64,000 nt of DNA. Origin: Rothia sp. (in: high G+C Gram-positive bacteria) (GTDB taxonomy: Bacteria > Actinomycetota > Actinomycetes > Actinomycetales > Micrococcaceae). The notes under the pieces were generated by a model. The model had not been told where the DNA came from, ran no database searches, and saw only the letters and a list, made by a program, of their open reading frames with translations. The stretch covers positions 2,832 through 66,831 of the forward strand of contig JBHWPN010000093.1 of the NCBI GenBank assembly GCA_043424895.1, given 5' to 3'. A program made the translations under genes and the position numbers. Positions within the stretch are counted from its first letter, which is position 1, and each line of letters opens with the position of its first letter. Of this stretch, positions 19,908 through 29,788 are shown piece by piece.

Positions 19908-20498
19908 ATGTCTACCGTGACTTTTAACGCGATAATCCTAGCTGGGGGACGTTCCTCCCGTTTGGGTGGCACTCCCAAAGCCTTGCTCTCAGATGGCTCT
20001 ATGAGCTTGTTGGAATCCACCTTTAACGCGGTCTTGGCTGCACTGAATATTGTGGTGGTGGGACCGGCAGATTTACCCGTGGATGACCGCGTTATTCTCA
20101 CCCGCGAAAACCCACCTTTCGCTGGCCCGGCAGCTGCTCTTGCTGCAGGTGCCAGCCAACTCGCGTCCTTATCATCGATAGCGCCCTGGACCATTATCCT
20201 CAGCGTAGATATGCCCTATATTTCCCAAGCTATTGGAACTTTAGTAGAGGCTGCTGCCAACGCAGATGCTGAGACTTTAGGGTTTATGGGAGTCACCGAC
20301 GGAATTACCCAGCCTCTGGTCGGCATTTACCGCACCGAGCATTTTGTGCAGGCGTTGAACACCGATATGACGGACTGTTCTGTTCGCTTTGCGCTACGTC
20401 CGCTCTCCCCTGCCACGGTAGTACTTCCTGCAGGCTCAACGGACGATGTTGATACGTGGGACGCCGCACACGCCACCGGATTTGATCTCACTCGTTAA
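19908..20498 (+). CDS. mobA: Molybdenum cofactor guanylyltransferase (MobA-like NTP transferase)
   Basis: ILAGGRSSRLGG.PKA, GPAA, VDMP and DVDTWD motifs. Confidence 0.85.
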   Translation: MSTVTFNAIILAGGRSSRLGGTPKALLSDGSMSLLESTFNAVLAALNIVVVGPADLPVDDRVILTRENPPFAGPAAALAAGASQLASLSSIAPWTIILSVDMPYISQAIGTLVEAAANADAETLGFMGVTDGITQPLVGIYRTEHFVQALNTDMTDCSVRFALRPLSPATVVLPAGSTDDVDTWDAAHATGFDLTR

Positions 20499-20517
20499 GA
20501 ACTATTAGAAGGCTTTG

Positions 20518-21723
20518 ATGCACCACCCTAGCTCTATTGAATGGGACGCCGCACGCCAAGCAATTTTTGAGGCCGCCCGTGAATATCTTGTGCCCCAAAC
20601 TCTAGTGCGCAATATCCATGACGCAATTGGGTCGGTGCTAGCGCAAGACGTCGCCTCCCCCATGCAGGTGCCCCACTACGATTCTTCTGCAATGGACGGG
20701 TACGCAGTGGCAGGAACCCCGCCGTGGACACTCAAAACCCCTGATTATCCGGATGATAACGATCAAAACATTCATAAGCTCACCGTTAGTCTTACACCCA
20801 GTGAGGCAACTCCTATCTTTACGGGCGGGCTCATTCCCGACGGCTGCGAAAGTATCCTACGCAGTGAACATTCGAAGACCGAGCAACAAGGCTCGGTGAC
20901 TTTAGTTTCGCCTACACACCCAGTACCCGCCGCAGGCAAAGATATTCGACGTGCGGGCGAAGAATTAGCCAAAGGAGCCGTGCTCGCATCCTCCGGTACA
21001 TTCGTGACGCCCCGCCTCGCTGCGGCCTTAGCTGTGGGCGGTATCGATGAAGTGAGAGTGTTCAAGCCGGTAGATGTAGCTGTGGCCTTTAGCGGGAACG
21101 AAGTTATTACCTCCGGTGTTCCCGGGCCCGGCGAGGTACGCGATGCTTTCACAGGTTCCCTCCAGCCGATGGTTCATCAGCAAGGGGCGCAGGTGATCGA
21201 CTCCCGCCGCCTTGCCGATGACCGGCAAGCTTTTCGAACATGGGTAGAGTCCGCGAACGCGCAGGTGCTAATGGTAACAGGAGGCTCGAGCACCTCTGGC
21301 GTCGATATGGTTCGCAATACGCTGGCAGATGTAAATGCCACCTATATCTTTGAATCGGTCTCTGTTCGCCCCGGGCACCCAGCGCTGGCGGCCGTACTAC
21401 CGGGAAACCGCATCCTTCTTGGACTGCCCGGTAATCCGCTTGCAGCCTATACCTCGCTGTATTCCTATCTTCCGCCCCTTCTAGATGGTGCCTACGGTAG
21501 AAAGCTGAGGATGCTACCTACCGCACCGCTGACTCGCGAAACTCACCCCGGACACGGTGGTACAGCCCTGATTTTGCCCTGTGCCTTTGAAGCGGGACAG
21601 TTGAAAGCTTTAGAACGCCACAGATCTCATATGCTGACTGCTTTTGCTGCCGCCGATGCGCTGGCCATTGCGCCTGCTCAAGGCGCACACGCCGGTGAGC
21701 TGGTTCGTTATATTCGCTTGTAA
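20518..21723 (+). CDS. moeA: Molybdopterin molybdotransferase MoeA (paralog 2)
   Basis: PHYDSSAMDGYA, IFTGG, TGGSS and LPGNPL motifs. Confidence 0.88.
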   Translation: MHHPSSIEWDAARQAIFEAAREYLVPQTLVRNIHDAIGSVLAQDVASPMQVPHYDSSAMDGYAVAGTPPWTLKTPDYPDDNDQNIHKLTVSLTPSEATPIFTGGLIPDGCESILRSEHSKTEQQGSVTLVSPTHPVPAAGKDIRRAGEELAKGAVLASSGTFVTPRLAAALAVGGIDEVRVFKPVDVAVAFSGNEVITSGVPGPGEVRDAFTGSLQPMVHQQGAQVIDSRRLADDRQAFRTWVESANAQVLMVTGGSSTSGVDMVRNTLADVNATYIFESVSVRPGHPALAAVLPGNRILLGLPGNPLAAYTSLYSYLPPLLDGAYGRKLRMLPTAPLTRETHPGHGGTALILPCAFEAGQLKALERHRSHMLTAFAAADALAIAPAQGAHAGELVRYIRL

Positions 21724-21825
21724 GTTCTGCCAAAATCTGACAAACCGTGGCGTACGGTCTAACGATCCTGGGTGAGTGCTGGCGCATATAATGGCTAGGT
21801 CAGTTTTCAATACAGAAAAGTAGCC

Positions 21826-22830
21826 ATGGTTAATCCAACCCTAGAAGATGTTGCGGCTATCGCAGGGGTATCGCCCACCACTGTCTCGCGAGTGCTCAAC
21901 AACCGTGGTTATCTCAGCGAGAAAACCAAACAAAAAGTATTCGATGCGATGCAGCAGCTGGACTACCGGCCAAATGCTATTGCGCGCTCTTTGCAAAATA
22001 AGAAAACAAAGATTGTGGCGCTGATTTTTCCGACGGTAGCGCACCCTTTTTACGGGGAAATGGCAGCCTACCTTGAAGAGTTCTTATCAGCAGGCGGTTA
22101 CAAAGTTCTTCTGTGCAATAGTCAGGATCACCCCGAACGGGAACGTGCCTACATCGATATGTTGCTTTCACACCATGTTGATGGCGTTATTACCGGTGCA
22201 CACTCCCATGTTATCGCCAACTATCCCACCCTGCGTTCAGCTCTCGTGACAATTGACCGCGAACAAAGCCAGCACTACCCCAATATTCGCTGTGATAACT
22301 TTGCCGGTGCACGAGAAGCAACATCTGCTCTTATTGCTGGCGGTGCTCAGAACATTTTGCACATCACTTCTACCCGCTCCGATACCAACCAGAGACAGAG
22401 CGGATATATTGATGTGATGCACGAGCACGGTCTTACCCCGCACATTTTAGAGGTGGGTTTTGCGGCTGAGAGCCAGACAAAAAACAGGATGATTGTTGAG
22501 TATCTGAACCAGCACCCTGAAATCGATGCCGTTTTTGGCTCTAACGATACCTACGCTATTTATGCCCTCAACTGGGCACAGATGCATCACAAAGAAATAC
22601 CGAAAGATTTTCAGGTAGTGGGTTTTGATGGCACCCAAGCTGTTCAGTCTCTTTTTCCGCAACTGGCTACCGTTGTGCAGCCTATCAAAGCGATGGCTCA
22701 ACGCGCGGCAGAACGCCTTATAGAAGCGATGGATTCTGATTCTCCACGCGAGCTCTTGGATAATAAGACGAGGTACGCACAGGATATTCTCCCGGCTACT
22801 TTTTACCCGGGAGCCACCATTCGTAGCTAG
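21826..22830 (+). CDS. LacI-family repressor (probable sucrose repressor ScrR)
   Basis: TLEDVAAIAGVSPTTVSRVLN HTH and YRPNAIARSL hinge; adjacent to the sucrose PTS and GH32 genes. Confidence 0.9.
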   Translation: MVNPTLEDVAAIAGVSPTTVSRVLNNRGYLSEKTKQKVFDAMQQLDYRPNAIARSLQNKKTKIVALIFPTVAHPFYGEMAAYLEEFLSAGGYKVLLCNSQDHPERERAYIDMLLSHHVDGVITGAHSHVIANYPTLRSALVTIDREQSQHYPNIRCDNFAGAREATSALIAGGAQNILHITSTRSDTNQRQSGYIDVMHEHGLTPHILEVGFAAESQTKNRMIVEYLNQHPEIDAVFGSNDTYAIYALNWAQMHHKEIPKDFQVVGFDGTQAVQSLFPQLATVVQPIKAMAQRAAERLIEAMDSDSPRELLDNKTRYAQDILPATFYPGATIRS

Positions 22831-23462
22831 CTATTTTTTCGGTATTTATCGATAGCCGAGACAGTAGCGGGGCGCCACATGCCCATAACGGCATTACTCC
22901 ACTTACCAAAACCGCCCATTTCAACAAAACCGTGCCTGCTATAAAGTGCAGCGGCATCGTAGCTAGATGCTTCCAAATAGGCGGGATATTCCCCTAGTTG
23001 CTGACAGCGATAAGTAAGCAACGCTCCACCGACTCCTCGCCCACACGCGTCCTCCCGAACTCCTATACAGTAGAGATACCAGTGTTTAAAAACGGGACGG
23101 ACACGTAAAAGCCCAACCTCAACCCATGCAGCGCGAAAAATACCCAGTTTGAAGACTTTAGCGTAGCCCTGGAGAGAAAAAAGATCTTTAATGATATTGC
23201 TCTTGCGGTGAGGAGATTCCCATAAAGAAACCCCCACGATAACCCCGTTAGAATCTACTGCGACATCAACATATCCGTAATCGTCGAGAGAAAGCCACTG
23301 CTGAAGTTGGAAAGTAAAAAGAGCACGTAAACGGTGCATCTTCATGCGACCTCCCATGGCGCGGCTCATCACCGGATCTTTTTTGAAGGCGTCACTCAGG
23401 GCTTCTGCTGCTGCTTCTACATCAGCCTCGGTGGCACGGCGAATGGTGATTTGCTCGCTCAT
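22827..23462 (-). CDS. GNAT-family N-acetyltransferase
   Basis: HWYLYCIGV...GRGVGGALL and AYLEAS...LYSRHGF motifs. Confidence 0.85.
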   Translation of the reverse strand: MSEQITIRRATEADVEAAAEALSDAFKKDPVMSRAMGGRMKMHRLRALFTFQLQQWLSLDDYGYVDVAVDSNGVIVGVSLWESPHRKSNIIKDLFSLQGYAKVFKLGIFRAAWVEVGLLRVRPVFKHWYLYCIGVREDACGRGVGGALLTYRCQQLGEYPAYLEASSYDAAALYSRHGFVEMGGFGKWSNAVMGMWRPATVSAIDKYRKNS

Positions 23463-23535
23463 CTATTCTCTTTTCGTGTGGTTTATGGGTAAGAGCAGGG
23501 TACGTCAAGAGATTGTAATATAGCGGTGAATATAG

Positions 23536-23567
23536 AAAAGCAGGACGCTCTAAGAGCGTCCTGCTTT
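23536..23567 (-). terminator. Intrinsic terminator after the EIIA gene
   Basis: Inverted repeat AAAGCAGGACGCTC / GAGCGTCCTGCTTT, giving a U-tract on the minus strand. Confidence 0.8.
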
Positions 23568-23585
23568 ATTGTATGAAGGCAGCTA

Positions 23586-24155
23586 TTAGGCGCTGGTGTC
23601 GATAGAGAATGTTACAAGATCGGCACCGTGAGCTGTTTGGCTTCCATTGTTCACACCGTTCACAAGTGAGGTACCCGTTACTATACGACGATGATTAGTT
23701 GCCACCAGCGGAGTGGTAACTTCATATCCCGCCTGCTTAATCTGCTCAATATCAAACTCGACAAGAAGATCCCCCCGCTTAACGAGATCTCCCTTAGCTA
23801 CCTTGATATCGAAGTGCTGTCCATCAAGCTCAACGGTATCAAAGCCAATATGAATAAGAAGTTCTAACCCCTCGTTGGTACGAAGACCCACCGCGTGACC
23901 GGTGGGGAAAGCTACGGTAAGCACACCGTCTGCAGGGGCATAGAGCTTACCTTCGGTGGGTTCAATAGCAACACCAGGACCAAGGGCTCCAGTGGAGAAG
24001 GTAGGGTCTGAAACTTCAGAAAGCTCACGGACTGTGCCGGTAAGGTGAGCGCCAAGAGTTACGGTGTCACCGCCTAATTGAACGGAAGGTTGTTCAGTTG
24101 CAGTGGGTGCGGAGTCTTCTTTACCACCGAAAAGTTTTGAAAAAAAGCCAGCCAT
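23586..24155 (-). CDS. Stand-alone PTS EIIA component (glucose family)
   Basis: DPTF..GALGPG.AIEP, FPTGHA and LIHIGFDTV (phospho-His) motifs; GGAGG RBS. Confidence 0.9.
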   Translation of the reverse strand: MAGFFSKLFGGKEDSAPTATEQPSVQLGGDTVTLGAHLTGTVRELSEVSDPTFSTGALGPGVAIEPTEGKLYAPADGVLTVAFPTGHAVGLRTNEGLELLIHIGFDTVELDGQHFDIKVAKGDLVKRGDLLVEFDIEQIKQAGYEVTTPLVATNHRRIVTGTSLVNGVNNGSQTAHGADLVTFSIDTSA

Positions 24156-24322
24156 AAGGGCCTCCTTGGTGCTTTATTGCGTACTACACGTCATTAACAA
24201 AATAGGTATTTTTAGTTAGGTGTGCGTTATCACGATTTTAGCATTCTGCTTACTTTGGGTTTAGGTGGTTGCCCTCATTACCGTCTATTTTCAGTTTTTG
24301 AAACAATTTTCTTCTTCTACAC

Positions 24323-24360
24323 AAAAGTGCTGGCACACTGTAAAGAGTGTGCCAGCACTT
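24323..24360 (-). terminator. Intrinsic terminator after the PTS EIIBCA gene
   Basis: Inverted repeat AAGTGCTGGCACACT / AGTGTGCCAGCACTT with an A-run on the + strand. Confidence 0.8.
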
Positions 24361-24382
24361 AACAGTTGTAAAAACTATGTTC

Positions 24383-26464
24383 TTACTTTTTAGTGACGCT
24401 GAGGAAATCGCTAGCTGCAGCTACGGTGCCATTGTGTGTAACACCTGCGGCGAAGGAAGAATCCTGCACTGCCTTTTTAGCATTGGTGATGACCAACGGC
24501 GTAGCCAAGGGGTAACCTTCAGCAGCGATTGCTTGGGGGTCAAACTTTACAAGTACGTCTCCACGCTTGACCGTATCGTCCTTGGCAACCTTGAGTTCAA
24601 AATGCTTGCCGTCGAGCTCAACGGTATCAAAACCGATGTGCATGAGCAGATCAAGACCGCTTTCGGTGCGCATACCCACCGCGTGACCCGTGGGAAATGC
24701 CACGGTGACCTTGCCGTCAGCAGGAGCGTACAGCATACCTTCAGTGGGCTCAATTGCAGCACCGGGGCCAAGTGCACCGGATGCAAAGGTGGGATCTGAA
24801 ACCTGTGAGAGTTCCAGAGCTTTACCGGTAAGGTGAGCGCCTAGTTCTACCACTTCGCCTGAGGTAGCTGAGGCTACCCCAGCTGCACCGGTTGCGGCAG
24901 CAGCAGTGGTTGCTCCTGCTCCTGCGGTTGCACCATTCTCGGTAGTAGCACGCTCAGAGCTTGCTGCCTCGGTATGGGCGGCAACTGAACCGCCTGCGGG
25001 AGTGTGAGCAGGTGCTGCGTTAAGAGCTACAACCTCAGCATTCTTTTCTGTCGCATGGCCCGCGAACTTACGCTTACCCATGATGAAGCTGACGATGAAA
25101 GAGAGCAAGGTGGTGGTAATCAACGCAATGAAGAAACCGCCCCAGCCCCAGCCAGCGTTAGGGATGATGGAAAGGAAGCCCAAGTAACCAGCTGCACCAG
25201 GAGCACTAGCCTTCAGACCGAAAATCGCTACGAGTAGACCGCCGACAGCTGCTGCACCCATTGCGACGAAGAAGGGCCAGCGCAGACGCAAGTTAACACC
25301 GAAGATTGCGGGTTCGGTAATGCCCAAGAAAGCTGAGGGAGCAGATGCACCAGCAACACCCTTGAGTTTCTTATCCTTGGTAGTCAAGAAGACTGCTAGA
25401 GCTGCCGCGCCCTGAGCCACGTTAGCCATGGACGCGATAGCGAAGATGAATGAACCGCCCTGGGTAAAGAGCTGAAGCTCAATAGCGGGGAAGGACTGAT
25501 GCAGACCGGTAATAACAATCGGTGAGTAGAACATACCGAAGATTAGACCGCCCAGCGGGCCTGCAGTGTTGTAGAGCCAGTTGATACCGTCGCCCAGCAT
25601 AGTGCCGAGCTTGAACATGGGAGGACCAACCAGCAAGAAGGTCAAGAAACCGGTAATCAACAGGGTGAGGGTGGGTGTAAAGATAAAGTCAATAACGCCG
25701 TTGAGAACCTTGTGGAGGAACTTCTCAATGTGCGAGAGGATGAACGCGACCAAAATAATGGGAAGCACGGTACCCTGGTAGCCAGCCTGCTGAACCTGCA
25801 AACCGAAGACGTCCCAGTAAGTCATGGTGCCGTCTTGCAAAGCCGCAGCCACGCCGTAGCCGTTGACGAGCGCAGGTGAAACCATAGCAGCTGCCATGGT
25901 CATACCGAGGTAAGGATTACCACCAAATACCTTGGTTGCAGAGTAACCAACGAGCACAGGCAGGAATGCGAACGGAGCTGCTGAAATCAGGTTAACGATT
26001 TCTGAGAAGCCGGTCCATGCGGGGTACATTTCAACGAGGGACTGCGGGCCAAAGAGATCTTTTGCCACCAGAACGTTGTTGATCGCCATCAAGAGACCGC
26101 CACCGACAAGTACCGGAATCAGGGGCAAGAAGATATCTGAGATCACCTTGATAAAGCGGGTAACAATATTGCCCTTAGACGCGGCAACAGATTTCAGCTC
26201 ATCTTTGCTGACCTGCTTCATACCACGGGCAGCCATGACCTTGTAGACCTCGTCGACATCGCCGGGTCCAACGATAATCTGGAACTGACCAGAATTGTTG
26301 AAGGTACCCTTCAAATCATCGTCATCGTCCAGACCAGCCTGATTAATCAGACCTTCGTCTTTAAGGACGAGGCGCAGACGGGTAGCACAGTGCGCGCCCG
26401 CCTGAATGTTATCTAGCCCGCCGACATTCGTCAGGACGCGCTCTGCCACGGATTTATGATCCAT
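24383..26464 (-). CDS. scrA: PTS sucrose-type EIIBCA transporter
   Basis: [23 protein letters not shown] and [12 protein letters not shown], an Ala-rich linker, and EIIA HIGFDTV. Adjacent to GH32 genes. Confidence 0.88.
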   Translation of the reverse strand: MDHKSVAERVLTNVGGLDNIQAGAHCATRLRLVLKDEGLINQAGLDDDDDLKGTFNNSGQFQIIVGPGDVDEVYKVMAARGMKQVSKDELKSVAASKGNIVTRFIKVISDIFLPLIPVLVGGGLLMAINNVLVAKDLFGPQSLVEMYPAWTGFSEIVNLISAAPFAFLPVLVGYSATKVFGGNPYLGMTMAAAMVSPALVNGYGVAAALQDGTMTYWDVFGLQVQQAGYQGTVLPIILVAFILSHIEKFLHKVLNGVIDFIFTPTLTLLITGFLTFLLVGPPMFKLGTMLGDGINWLYNTAGPLGGLIFGMFYSPIVITGLHQSFPAIELQLFTQGGSFIFAIASMANVAQGAAALAVFLTTKDKKLKGVAGASAPSAFLGITEPAIFGVNLRLRWPFFVAMGAAAVGGLLVAIFGLKASAPGAAGYLGFLSIIPNAGWGWGGFFIALITTTLLSFIVSFIMGKRKFAGHATEKNAEVVALNAAPAHTPAGGSVAAHTEAASSERATTENGATAGAGATTAAAATGAAGVASATSGEVVELGAHLTGKALELSQVSDPTFASGALGPGAAIEPTEGMLYAPADGKVTVAFPTGHAVGMRTESGLDLLMHIGFDTVELDGKHFELKVAKDDTVKRGDVLVKFDPQAIAAEGYPLATPLVITNAKKAVQDSSFAAGVTHNGTVAAASDFLSVTKK

Positions 26465-26552
26465 GTCTTCTCCTATATACAGTGCATTTTGCCGATTCCT
26501 GTTGCAACAAGAGAAGGCAAGGAAAGGCGGTGCAGACTGCCTGCACCAGATA

Positions 26553-26568
26553 TGCTAATCGTTTGACA
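26553..26568. promoter_or_regulatory. LacI-type operator upstream of scrA
   Basis: TGCTAATCGTTTGACA, matching the palindrome TGTCAAACGTTTGACA shared with two other promoters of this locus. Confidence 0.7.
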
Positions 26569-26652
26569 CTCTAACACGTGGTTACTATCACGTAATACAG
26601 TGAGTCAGATTATTAGCGCAGAATTTATGCCAGATTTTGTACTCTTCACCCG

Positions 26653-28158
26653 TTACTTATTGAGGATTGCTACTTTAAGGTCACTTACCCGCTCACCGGC
26701 GTCCTGAGAGAATTCATTGGTGAATTTCAAGGTACGGGAATCATCGTTGAAATAGCAACGAGCGGTGAAGGTGGTCTCTCCCCCATCGATAAAGATTTCT
26801 ACGACGGAAGAATCAACAATCAAATCAAAAGTTCGTTCAGACTGAGCGGGCACATCGGTAGTTCGTGTTTTTCCCGCAGCCAGATAACGGTTACCCGAAC
26901 GGTCCATCACTACAGACTCTTGGGAGAAGGTGACGTAGAGAGTTTTGCCAGCTTGATCATGTAGTTCAAGACTAATAGGACCGCTAGAAACATCAACTGT
27001 TCCTGAGACTCTAAAGACACGCTGATCCTCAATCTCAGCCACTTCACCCTGCGAAAATTCAATAGGAGAAAGGGCCAACGTGTCATTAATCTGGTCTGCA
27101 GGACGCTGCACAATCCGGCCATTGGTCAGCGTAAAGATCCGCGGAAGGGTGAGACAGTGTAACCAGTGATTCTCCCAGCTGGGGTGCATATCCTGGTCAG
27201 ACAAACCGCACCAAGCACCGATTGTAATTTCGCCGTTCTCACCCTCGATGTTATAGAACGGCTGGGGTGCGTAAAACTCAAAACCAGCGTCCAGCTCTAT
27301 GAACTCTGAGTCGGGGGTAAAGTGCGTGCCATTGAGCTCACCAACGACATAACCGCACTGATAAAGGTTGGCAAAACGGTTGCCCAAAATATCCATGCCC
27401 TGCGGGCTGAAAATTAGAACATCACGTACTTGACCGGTTGCTGTATCGGTCATACGGGCAACTGCAGGACATTCCCACATGTAACCCATGTGCTGTTCAA
27501 AAGGCTTATCAAACGTAATTTCGCCGTCGAATACCCAGGTACGACGGTCAACCGATGAATATTTGAGAATAGCGCCGGTTAAATCGTCGTGCTGAGCACC
27601 GAGGAGCGCATAGTATTTGCCATCTTCTTCCCATACCTTAGGGTCGCGAAAATGTGCGGTGTAACCTTCAGGCTGAGACATGATGAGCGGGTTAACGTCG
27701 TGCTGTTTAACGAAAGTTTCACACTCATCATCAGAAGTCACGAGACACTGGTATGAAGAGCGAACCTCGTTCTCGTCCTTCACGTTACCGGTGTAAAAGA
27801 ACTCATAAGTACCATCAGGGGCGATAAACGCTGAACCTGAATAACAGCCACGTTTGTCGTACCAGTCAACCGGATCGATCGCATTTTTATCATCTTTCCA
27901 ATGCAAAAGATCAGTACTGGTGGCATGACGCCAAAAGACCTGATGCTCAGGATGGGTGGGAGCAAACTGATAGAAGGCATGGTAGATGCCTTTGTCATAG
28001 AACAGACCGTTGGGATCGTTCAAGCGACCCACCGGGGGTGCAAGGTGAAGCACCGGGTAATCGGGGTCGTTGATGACGGTCTCATGCCAGGTGCGGTATT
28101 CATGGTCCGCATTTGCATAGAGTTGAGCCGGGTTTGCGTGGGGTGTGCGATCTACCAT
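26653..28158 (-). CDS. scrB: GH32 sucrose-6-phosphate hydrolase / beta-fructofuranosidase (paralog 1)
   Basis: GRLNDPNG, FRDP and WECP catalytic motifs; DAGFEFYAPQ. Confidence 0.88.
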   Translation of the reverse strand: MVDRTPHANPAQLYANADHEYRTWHETVINDPDYPVLHLAPPVGRLNDPNGLFYDKGIYHAFYQFAPTHPEHQVFWRHATSTDLLHWKDDKNAIDPVDWYDKRGCYSGSAFIAPDGTYEFFYTGNVKDENEVRSSYQCLVTSDDECETFVKQHDVNPLIMSQPEGYTAHFRDPKVWEEDGKYYALLGAQHDDLTGAILKYSSVDRRTWVFDGEITFDKPFEQHMGYMWECPAVARMTDTATGQVRDVLIFSPQGMDILGNRFANLYQCGYVVGELNGTHFTPDSEFIELDAGFEFYAPQPFYNIEGENGEITIGAWCGLSDQDMHPSWENHWLHCLTLPRIFTLTNGRIVQRPADQINDTLALSPIEFSQGEVAEIEDQRVFRVSGTVDVSSGPISLELHDQAGKTLYVTFSQESVVMDRSGNRYLAAGKTRTTDVPAQSERTFDLIVDSSVVEIFIDGGETTFTARCYFNDDSRTLKFTNEFSQDAGERVSDLKVAILNK

Positions 28159-28180
28159 CAGTCGGTCTTTCAGTAGGGAG

Positions 28181-28196
28181 TGTCAAACGTTTGTCT
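28181..28196. promoter_or_regulatory. LacI-type operator upstream of GH32 paralog 1
   Basis: TGTCAAACGTTTGTCT. Confidence 0.72.
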
Positions 28197-28265
28197 CATC
28201 AAACACATTCCCAGAATACCGAAGATTACCCCTGAGCAGTGACCCGGTTTCTACTCAATACCCGA

Positions 28266-29768
28266 TTAATCTTCCAGATATGCCACGCTCAGATTCTCTA
28301 CTGAGTCAATACCGCCTTGTTCAGGCGGACGAACGAAAATAGCTTGCGGTGCGCCCTCCAAATAAATTCGCGCAGAGAATACCTCAGCACCGGCGTCCAC
28401 GAACATTTCAAGTGCAGAGCCATCGAACAAGATTTCAAACTCTCGAGAATCGCTGGGGGCAAGCACACGGCGGCGAATAGGACCCCCTGCCTGATAGCGG
28501 GTAAATCCTCGGTCTAAGGAGGCAAACTCTTTACCAAACGTCATCACAACGGGCTCGCCCCTCTCATCGCGTAAGCCCAGTTGCACATTGCGCTCCCCCA
28601 CGTTCAAGGTACCTTTCAGTCTAAACTGACGGCGTCCACGAACGTCTGCCAGGACGCCCTCCTCCGTCATTCGTGCAGGCTGAAGTGGTAGAACATCATT
28701 GAGCTGTTTGACCGGACGCTGAAAGAGCTTACCGTTGCGTAGCTCAAGTTCGCGAGGGTAAGTGAGCATGTGCACCCACCGGTTATCCCAACTGGGATGC
28801 TCATCTTCATCAGCATTCCCAAACCAGCCAACTAATACGGGGGCTTGGTGGTGATCATCTGCTGCGTGAATAGTCTGCGGCGCGTAGAACTCAAAACCGG
28901 CGTCAATCTCAGTAAAAGGTCGCTCAACCTCAAATTTCAATCCGTCGAGTTTACCTACTACATAGCCGCACTGATAAATATTGTTGTACTTATCCCCCTC
29001 GGGTTCCATACCCTGAGGGCAGAAGATGAAGATATCTTTTTCTTCACCGGTAGCTGTATCAGTGGTGGTCAAAAAGATAGGGCACTCAATCATGTAGCTC
29101 ATCTTGCCAATGCTGGTGTCAGAGAATTCAATTTCTCCTTCAAAGATCCAGTCCCTGCGGTTTGCCGATGAATAGCACACAATTGCACCGGTATTGTTAG
29201 TACGCTGAGCACCTAAAAAGGCATAATATGTGCCGTTGCGTTCGATAAGATGAGGATCGCGATAATGGGCGGTATACCCCTCAGGCTGATCAATGATCAG
29301 GGGGTTATTCTCTGCGCGCTCAAATGTTTTACCCTTATCGCGCGAGGTAAACATCGACTGGTAGGCACTCCGGTTATCCATGTCGTCCTTGACATTTCCG
29401 GTATAGAAAAACTCGTAAGAACCATCAGGAGCTACAAACCCTGAGCCCGAATAGCAGCCAGACTTGTCATACCAGGTCACAGGAGCAATCGCGGTTTTTT
29501 GATCCTGCCAGTTAGTCAGGTCGGTACTGGTTGCATGACGCCAGAAGACTGCACGAGTGGGATGTAGCGGCGAATACTGATAAAAGGCATGGTACACACC
29601 GTCATCATAGATTAACCCGTTGGGGTCGTTGAGACGACCTACTGGAGGGGCAAGATGCAGTTTGGGATACTCAGGATCGGCGCTGACGTTATGAGCGTGG
29701 TCAGTGTAAGCCTGTTCCGAGTCAAAGATGAGCTGATCAGCGTCAGGACGCGGCGCGTAGATACTCAA
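28266..29768 (-). CDS. GH32 sucrose-6-phosphate hydrolase / beta-fructofuranosidase (paralog 2)
   Basis: GRLNDPNG, YRDP and IECP motifs; TTG start with AAGGA upstream. Confidence 0.88.
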   Translation of the reverse strand: MSIYAPRPDADQLIFDSEQAYTDHAHNVSADPEYPKLHLAPPVGRLNDPNGLIYDDGVYHAFYQYSPLHPTRAVFWRHATSTDLTNWQDQKTAIAPVTWYDKSGCYSGSGFVAPDGSYEFFYTGNVKDDMDNRSAYQSMFTSRDKGKTFERAENNPLIIDQPEGYTAHYRDPHLIERNGTYYAFLGAQRTNNTGAIVCYSSANRRDWIFEGEIEFSDTSIGKMSYMIECPIFLTTTDTATGEEKDIFIFCPQGMEPEGDKYNNIYQCGYVVGKLDGLKFEVERPFTEIDAGFEFYAPQTIHAADDHHQAPVLVGWFGNADEDEHPSWDNRWVHMLTYPRELELRNGKLFQRPVKQLNDVLPLQPARMTEEGVLADVRGRRQFRLKGTLNVGERNVQLGLRDERGEPVVMTFGKEFASLDRGFTRYQAGGPIRRRVLAPSDSREFEILFDGSALEMFVDAGAEVFSARIYLEGAPQAIFVRPPEQGGIDSVENLSVAYLED

Positions 29769-29788
29769 GTAGGGTCAATCCTTCAATA

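Noticed and set aside
22827..22830. Convergent LacI and GNAT genes overlapping at their stop codons (CTAG)
   Set aside because: A common compact arrangement with no evidence of special function.
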